DNA of 64,000 nucleotides from Octopus vulgaris. Its lineage: Eukaryota. Below are positions 54,306-64,000 of the stretch, in pieces. Each line of letters begins with the position of its first letter. Position 1 is the first letter of the stretch. The stretch is from assembly GCA_951406725.2 (NCBI GenBank), contig OX597815.1:61008001-61072000 (forward strand), given 5' to 3'. The notes below the pieces were generated by a model. The model did no database searches and had not been told where the DNA came from. It saw only the letters and a list, made by a program, of their open reading frames with translations. Both the position numbers and the translations under genes were made by a program.

Positions 54306-55200
54306 GACGGCTTCTTTCAGTTTCCGTCTACCAAACCCATTCACAAGGCTTTGCTCGGCCGAGATACTTGCCCAAAATGCTATGCAGTGCGACTGAACGT
54401 GGAACCATGTGTTTGGGAAGCAAGCTTCTTACCAAACAGCCACGCTTCCGCTTATGTATGTATGTATATCTATATATTCTTGTATTCTTTGACTTGTTCT
54501 AGTCATTTGACTGCGACCATGCTGAAGCACCGCCTTTAGTCGAACAAATCGATCTCAGCACTTATTCTTTGTATGCTTAGTACTTATTCTATCGGTCTCT
54601 TTTTGCCAAATCACTATCTTACGGAGACGTAAACACACCAGCATCGGTTGTCAAGCGATGGTGGGGGGGGGGACAAACAGAGACACAAATATGTATACAT
54701 ACATACACATATGTATTGGTGCAGCAGTTTACTTCCTAACCACATGATTCAGCGTTGAAAACTGTAAGAAGCCCGTCGTATATATATATATATATATATA
54801 TATACACGAAGGTCTTCTTTCAGTTTCCGTCTGCCAAATCCACTCACAAGGCTTTGGTCAGCCTGAGGCTATAGTCGAAGGCACTTGCCCAAGGTGCCAT
54901 GCAATAGGACTGAACATTGAACCATGTGGTTTGGAAGCAGGCTTCTTACCACACAGCAACTCCTGCCTCCTATATCGATATGTCTATGTGTTTTACATCT
55001 TGCTTCAATTATTAGACTGCGACCATGCTGGGGCACCTTCTTGAAGAAGTTTTAGTCGAATGAACCGACCCCAGTACTTACTTTGTGTTAAGCCTGGCAC
55101 TTATTCTATAGGGACAAACACACGCACATACATGTCTACATATATACGACGAGCTTCTTTCAGTTTGAACGCGAAACCATGTATTTAGGAAGCAAACTGC
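54304..55200 (-). mobile_element. Cluster of SINE family A pieces (heads at 54304-54450 and 54805-54970, tail at 54490-54690, fragments to 55200)
   Basis: Repeated matches to 23138-23540, plus a small + strand fragment at ~54715-54782. Confidence 0.8.
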
Positions 55201-55207
55201 ACCTATT

Positions 55208-57626
<2,419 letters not shown>

Positions 57627-58004
57627 GAGATGCAGTATATAAAACGTGTGCGCATACACGTGTTGATAACGCATATTAAGACAGAAACATCCACTAGGGC
57701 GTATTTTTTAATAACTGTCAAATAGATAATTCTTTAGATTACCTCCCCTTCTCATTCGGAGTTGATATAAGTAACCATCTGGCGGTTGTTCAGCTTTCTG
57801 TTGAAGTAGGTAAATATCAGTAAATCAAGAATCTATGTTTTATATTATTTAATACACCCTTATGCGTTTTCGTTGTTCAGATACTTTTAGCTAATATTCT
57901 TTCATTTATTTATATGCAAATACATACAAACACACACACACACATATGCATGCATACATACATATACAGACAGCATCCATACGTATATATATATATATAT
58001 ATAT

Positions 58005-58211
58005 ATACTTTATTTAAAGCAGCAGAAAATTCAACAAAACCTGTTACTCTGAGTTTCCCGTTGCCGTTCGTCGGAAAGTTTTTTGCTAGAATAGAACCGA
58101 TATGTCAATTCTATCCAGACTAGTATAAACGCTACACCTTTAAAAATGGACTTGTTTGATTGGTCCTTTACAAATAACGGCCAATTTTCGATCGATAAAC
58201 AAAAATGAACT

Positions 58212-58249
<38 letters not shown>

Positions 58250-58920
58250 TATAAAATTCGAGGAAAAACCTTACATTGAATAAAATACATATTGTCATTA
58301 ATAAAGGAAATATAATTAATACATGGAAATTGAAATTAAAATGTTAAAATGCATTAAACTATTACACGGCAGTACATATACATATTAAACTATACATATA
58401 TACATCAACATACACAGATAGATGCGTGCAAACCACATACATATACAGACGTATAAATATAAAGCTAAAATATACACACAAATGCATGTACACATATGCA
58501 TACGCAATCTAGTTCGCACGCAAAACCACTGTATCCATAAAAACTATAAGTTAAAATCATGGATGGGGAAGGGGCTTTCTTATTTACGATACAAAGTTGA
58601 AGACATGAGTAAGGGAGCGGGGGACGTAAAGTTACAGGACTCTATACAAGTAACAGATAGGTAGAGAAAAAACGAAAGAAAGGAAGAGAGAGAAAAAAGA
58701 AAAGGGGAGAAGGAAAAAAAAGAAGAAATAAAGGGGGGAAACGAAAGAAGAAAAATTATGTATACAAACTGTGAAATACATATACTGACACATATATATA
58801 AAGGTGTAGCGTTTATACTAGTCTGGATAGAATTGACATATCGTTTCTATTCTAGCAAAAACTGTCCGATGAACGGCAACGGGAAACTCGGAGTAACAGG
58901 TTTTGTTGAATTTTCTGCTG
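58005..58920. mobile_element. Penelope-like remnant bounded by ~122-bp inverted repeats (58020-58142 and 58799-58920), each with a hammerhead-like motif
   Basis: The arms are near-identical reverse complements. The motif reads CTGT CCGATGA a CG GCAA CG g GAAA CTCGGAG TA ACAG. Confidence 0.7.
58857..58904 (+). ncRNA. Candidate minimal type I hammerhead variant (U4C core); mirror copy at 58036-58083 (-)
   Basis: Stem I CTGT/ACAG extends with AAAA/TTTT. Core CCGATGA, a GCAA-capped stem II, GAAA, stem III ACTC/GAGT and a GUA site. Confidence 0.5.
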
Positions 58921-58981
58921 AGTACTCTTTTTTCCACCTTGTTTCACATTTATGTGTTTACTCCGGTATATATATATATAT

Positions 58982-59162
58982 ATACAGAATATGAACGTAA
59001 CGGGCGACAATAAAAACATACGAACAGATAGACGACACAATGACGGACAGGCAAAATCCAGGACGGATTATTCGTGCCCTCCTAGTCTTGGTTTTTCCTG
59101 TCCGTCTTGTATCGTCTATCTGTCTGTCTTTTGTTGTCGTCCGTTACGTTCTTATTCCGTAT
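58982..59162. repeat. Long imperfect palindrome (~80-bp arms, ~20-nt loop)
   Basis: GAACGTAACGGGCGACAA..ACAGATAGACGA..GACGGACAGG pairs with CCTGTCCGTC..TCGTCTATCTGT..TTGTCGTCCGTTACGTTC. Confidence 0.85.
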
Positions 59163-59398
59163 TTTGGAATTATATATACATATAGCGGTGTAAGTACACC
59201 TTTTGTTCACTTTGTAGGTAAGTGTATATATATACTGTTGTGTCAGGGGAGAGTCATTCTTTTTTAGTGCCTTATTATTTAACACACTCACCGGTAAAAT
59301 GTCCACTTATTTCTTATTTTTGTTTTCTAAAATTTTTATTCATATTTTTATTTTCTAAACTCATATAAAGAATCTTGCAAACCAAATCCAAAAACAAA

Positions 59399-59435
<37 letters not shown>

Positions 59436-59448
59436 GAGAGAGAGAAAG

Positions 59449-59543
<95 letters not shown>

Positions 59544-59778
59544 GAGAGTAGAAAATGATATCAATGAATTAAGCCAGTGGTCTAGCATATTAAAAAAATC
59601 CGAAATGTTATATGATTGTGAAAAGGGGGAAAACTATAAACCAGACTAGTAACATCTCCATCAATGATTTCACTGTTTCCCCTGTACCTGACAAGGAATG
59701 TTACAGGTATCTAGGAGTGGACGAAAATATATCTTTGTGGTAAGGCAATTTGACGTCTATCTTTAGCATATTAGGATA

Positions 59779-59973
59779 TTCGTTCGAATATTTGCTACTA
59801 CCACCGAGATCTGCACCCGCGGTCGTCTTCACCCGGGCTCGCGCCCGCGGCTTCTATGCACGCCGCGGCGCCCTCCTACTCGACCGGGCATCTGAAAGTC
59901 GCCTCGCCGGCGATCGCCAACCTGTCACCCGGCCGGTCCGGCATCGGTCGCTCGCTCCAGCGCCATCCACTTT
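59779..59973 (-). rRNA. 28S (LSU) rRNA fragment, an orphan pseudogenic piece of ~195 bp
   Basis: The minus strand contains the conserved LSU blocks TGGATGGCGCTGGAGCG and GGTGCAGATCTCGGTGGTAGTAGCAAATATTCGAACG around a GC-rich expansion segment. Confidence 0.9.
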
Positions 59974-60016
59974 AGTGGTCATTCCTCTTATTAATTGTAT
60001 TATATAGACAGATATA

Positions 60017-60185
60017 GGCGCAGGAGTGGCTGTGTGGTAAGTAGCTTGCTTACCAACCACATGGTCCCGGCTTCAGTCCCACTGCGTGGCACCTTGGGCA
60101 AGTGTCTTCTACTATAGCCTCGGGCCGACCAAAGCCTTGTGAGTGGATTTGGTAGACGGAAACTGAAAGAAGCCCGTCGTATATA

Positions 60186-60270
<85 letters not shown>

Positions 60271-60273
60271 CAT

Positions 60274-60311
<38 letters not shown>

Positions 60312-60523
60312 TGTGTGTTTGTGTGTCTGTGTTTGTCCCCCTAGCATTGCTTGACAACCGATGCTGGTGTGTTTATATCCTCGTCACTTAGCGGTTCGGC
60401 AAAAGAGACCGATAGAGTAAGTACTGGGCTTACAAAGAATAAGTCCCGGGGTCGAGTTGCTCGACTAAAGGCGGTGCTCCAGCGTGGCCGTATCAAATGA
60501 CTGAAACAAGTAATAAAAGAGAG
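60017..60523 (+). mobile_element. SINE family A, full length with an expanded central (TA)n(GT)n
   Basis: Near-identical to 24121-24542. Confidence 0.93.
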
Positions 60524-60591
60524 TATATATATATATATATATAGATAGATAAATAGATAGATAGACATACATACATACATACATACATACA

Positions 60592-60623
<32 letters not shown>

Positions 60624-61603
60624 AATACATTATATGCACAATACATACATGCATGTGCGTGTGTGTGTATGTTATTGTCCACACATACTCAATGTATGTG
60701 TTTTGCTTGTTCGCCGGTTCACTGCGTCACAGAGCTCTCATGACAACTTCTTGGTGACAACTGCGTGTCAAGACACCTGAAAATAATGGGCGAGCGAGAC
60801 AGTTGGCCTCCAATCTCACAGCGATGAATACTGATATTTCGCCATTTTTCGCGGCTTATCAATATTACGTACCTGAACCGGACCGAGAACGAACTGAATC
60901 GCCGGTCGCTGACTATAGACAAATAGTGTGAAAAACCATTCGTTCTTACACCTGTAACAAAACATGTGTCACTAAAAAATATTACAGCCGAATAAAGAAT
61001 ATGTGGACCTCAGAACACTCTGCATTCAATAAAACAGTGGCCCACAATGTGTTTGCAGTGCCAGTACTTAAACCAACATTTGGGCTACTTGATTGGATAC
61101 TTAATGAGATCCGTGCCATTGATGTGAGAACACGAAAAATACTAACAAGCACACATGATTTCCACATAAACAGTGATGTACACCGCCTTTACCTAAAATG
61201 TAAACAAGGCGGCAGAGGCTTAACATCGATCCAAAATGCATTTAAATGTCGCTTCATATCCCTTCGGCAACATCGTTTAACTACCAATATTCGAAGTGCA
61301 TCCCTTGACCAAGTTTGCATACATGAAGCTGATGGCATCATAATACTTGGAAGGCAGCTCCTTGAGCAACACTCTTTGTCTGATAACCTAGAATACATGC
61401 CCAAAGAAATCACACAACTCTACTACAACATAATAGATGAAAGGATGAGCCTATGTAAGAAGAAGACTATGCATGAATATGTTAGTAGAAAGCTCCATTA
61501 TGATAGTAACATCGATCATCAAAGCATTTTATCATGGACAAGTAGCTGGATTATTACCTCCCACTTTGAAAATATTATCACGGTATTATCTACCGATGAG
61601 GCA

Positions 61604-62908
61604 TTTTACACATGCCTCCATGTAGTTTCATGGGCAAAAAAAAATGTTCAGCTTCTTGCCTAGAGCGAGCCCATAGCAATATCATATCTTCTCCACTATT
61701 TCAGTATTACGTGTTAAAAGTGAAGCAAAAACATTTCTCTATTTTATGTCAGATGCTTTCACTTTAACAGTAAAAATAATAATAACAATTGAATTATATG
61801 TAGTAAGTAATAATTAAAATCAAACTAAAGTATAATATAATCGTAACATAACAAAAGTAAAAATAGCAATTGGTATAAAATTGCATCAATGACTTGAACT
61901 TGAATAAGTGGTTTCACATGAATGAGAATAAATTAAAAATAAAATTAGCGTACAGAAATGGAATAGTCCAGATGGAGCTGTGCTTTTACATTAGATTATC
62001 TGCTACTTAGCTAGCATTAAGTATCTATATGAAGTTTAACTGTATGTAATATCTGTTTTCTCGAACAGCCACTCCTACAGAATACTGCTGTTGGTTTATT
62101 TCTTATACATAAAGGACTAACGCTTCAACTGCTTACTGCTTTCTGACTCATCGTAACGTTTGATGTTATTATTATTACTGTTTAACTATTGTTATCACGT
62201 TTCTTGGTTCCTCGTAAAGGAAACATTGTTGTGTTGCATTTGTCAAATAATTGTAAACTGTAACCCTCCCCTTTTGAGAGAAGGAGCTTTGGTTATTGTT
62301 TAAAAATTGAATTCTGTCCCTGTTTGGGGAAATTGACAATATTTTCACCGTTTACATAGAAGCATTTTTGTTAGAATGCCTTCGATAGAAGAAAGTCCAA
62401 AAATGAATTTCGCTGCAGCCGTCGGCGGGCGCGAACTCATTGAAATTAAAATGGAAGAAATACGGATTGATCACAGACAAAAACGGTGAATCTAGGATAA
62501 CACCACCAAACGAAATAAAAACTTAAATTAAAGAAAAAACTATTGTCTATAAAGTATACAATATAGAGGGAAAAAAGATTTGAACACCTGGAGGAAAGTA
62601 CCATAGAAAAGTGTCTTGGTGCGACTATGAAAGATATCTAACCAGAGGCGGTAAATTCGCAACAATAGAAGCAAGGTTCGAGTCAACGGAGCGTACAAGG
62701 GAGTACTCGACTCGAACCTTGCAAAGTGGAAATATTTTATTTTTACCTTTATATCTAACACATAGGACGTCCCGGATAGAAATTAAATATATCTCCCCTG
62801 AAGTAGAGGTAGGCTGGATTGTAGCCACACATACAAGAGGGAGGACAAGATACAATTGATCAAAATTGCAAGAGACGGGCCTACAATTCCAGTCTGTTAT
62901 ATATTTTC
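61604..62908 (+). mobile_element. Second, end-truncated copy of the non-autonomous Helitron at 44414-46128
   Basis: Collinear high-identity match to ~44650-45970, including the internal inverted repeat GCAAGGTTCGAGTC/GACTCGAACCTTGC. Confidence 0.88.
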
Positions 62909-62990
62909 ACAACGCCCGCTCTGGGAAACGAAACCGCGATTCTATGACCGCGAGTCCGCTGCTGTAACCACTGGCCCATTGCGGTTCCAC
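62909..62990 (-). mobile_element. SINE family B head fragment
   Basis: Minus strand GTGGAACCGCAATGGGCCAGTGGTTACAGCAGCGGACTCGCGGTC..CGGGCGTTGTG. Confidence 0.75.
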
Positions 62991-63009
62991 ACACACACAT
63001 ATATATATA

Positions 63010-63089
<80 letters not shown>

Positions 63090-63098
<9 letters not shown>

Positions 63099-63453
63099 GG
63101 CAGTTTGTCTGTGTGTGTTTCTGTGTGTCTGTCAGGTTGTACCCTCACCCTGACCACGGCTTTCAACCGATTCTGATGAAACTTGACACACACATAGCCC
63201 AATGTCATAATTCAAAACTAACGCAGCGAAAATTTTGAAAAAGTTCCCCCAGTTCTGAAAAAAAATCGATAAATTCGACATGGGGTCGAGAATCAGAAAC
63301 ACAAACCACAGACTGTCTAGGGGACGCAACTCGACCTTTTTAACTAAAAAAAAATTTACCATAATATTTTTCCATTTTTTGGCTATAACCTCTAAAAATG
63401 CCCTTTATAGTTATTTCCACACACACCCGAGCAACGCCGGGCGATATGTGCTA
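63090..63453 (+). mobile_element. Short non-autonomous Helitron-like element in (TA)n
   Basis: TATATAAA start, GTCTGT-type repeats and an AACCGATT..AAACTTGACACA motif shared with the 44.4-kb element. The 3' end is CCCGAGCAACGCCGGG..GCTA. Confidence 0.65.
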
Positions 63454-63670
63454 TATATATATATATATATATCAACGCGGAGTCGATGAAAAAGGGACAA
63501 CTGATGAAGGGAATGTTTTTTATGCTACATGTCTCGGTTCTCTGTTTTTTCGTTGTTCAAAAAACGTTCGTTTTCTGTTTTCATTTTTGTTTTCGTTTCT
63601 CATTATGTCCACTTTTTTTATGTTCTGTACCCATATATGCATGTATATATACATATATCTATATATGTAG

Positions 63671-63724
63671 GTATGTACATGTATTTATGTATATATGCAT
63701 ATATTTATACTTCATTTATATTAC

Positions 63725-63793
<69 letters not shown>

Positions 63794-63844
63794 ATATAAA
63801 TGAAGTATAAATATATGCATATATACATAAATACATGTACATAC
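63671..63844. repeat. AT-rich near-perfect palindrome centred on (TA)n
   Basis: 63671-63730 is the exact reverse complement of 63785-63844. Confidence 0.9.
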
Positions 63845-63958
63845 ATATATATATATATATATATAAATATAAGGTTAATCCAAACGGGAAAACAGAAAAA
63901 ACAACAACACGTGGAACAATTACAGTATTATTAGTATTAGGCGCTCAGGAAAATGGAA

Positions 63959-64000
<42 letters not shown>

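Larger units (their letters stand above)
59600..61570 (+). mobile_element. R4/Dong-type LINE fragment interrupted by a ~1.2-kb composite insertion (~59738-60948)
   Basis: KCYMIVKRGK..ECYRYLGVDENIS ends at ~59735. The frame resumes at ~60950 with TCNKTCVTKKYYSRIKNMWTSEHSAFNK..IDVRTRKIL..FHINSDVHRLYL..GGRGL. Confidence 0.85.

Noticed and set aside
59779-59973. Functional rDNA locus
   Set aside because: Only ~195 bp match, with no adjoining 28S, ITS or 18S sequence.

Overview
Repeat-dominated eukaryotic genomic DNA. It is probably from a coleoid cephalopod such as Octopus, which I infer from the extreme microsatellite density and the tRNA-derived SINE families; I could not verify this. I found no confidently identifiable host protein-coding gene, and almost all listed ORFs are microsatellite artefacts or decayed transposon frames. 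Recognisable content: an RTE LINE with an inverted 5' end; three Tx1/L1-type LINE copies; three R4/Dong-type LINE fragments, one inside a stack of insertions in an (ATT)n array; a Penelope-like GIY-YIG remnant; mariner/Tc1 relics; non-autonomous Helitrons; a solo-LTR-like element; at least three SINE families; a 28S rRNA fragment; and a degenerate telomere-like (CCCTAA) array. The most interesting signal is at the RNA level. Two sequence-unrelated short repeats (2498-2560 + and 13227-13286 -) each carry all three hammerhead-ribozyme strands, with helices that pair despite different sequences, but in the non-circularly permuted order [III'-UH-I]-[II'-GAAA-III]-[I'-CUGANGA-II]. Five further minimal type I hammerhead-like variants (CCGANGA core) sit in Penelope-like terminal repeats. 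All structural calls were made by eye and need computational and biochemical testing.
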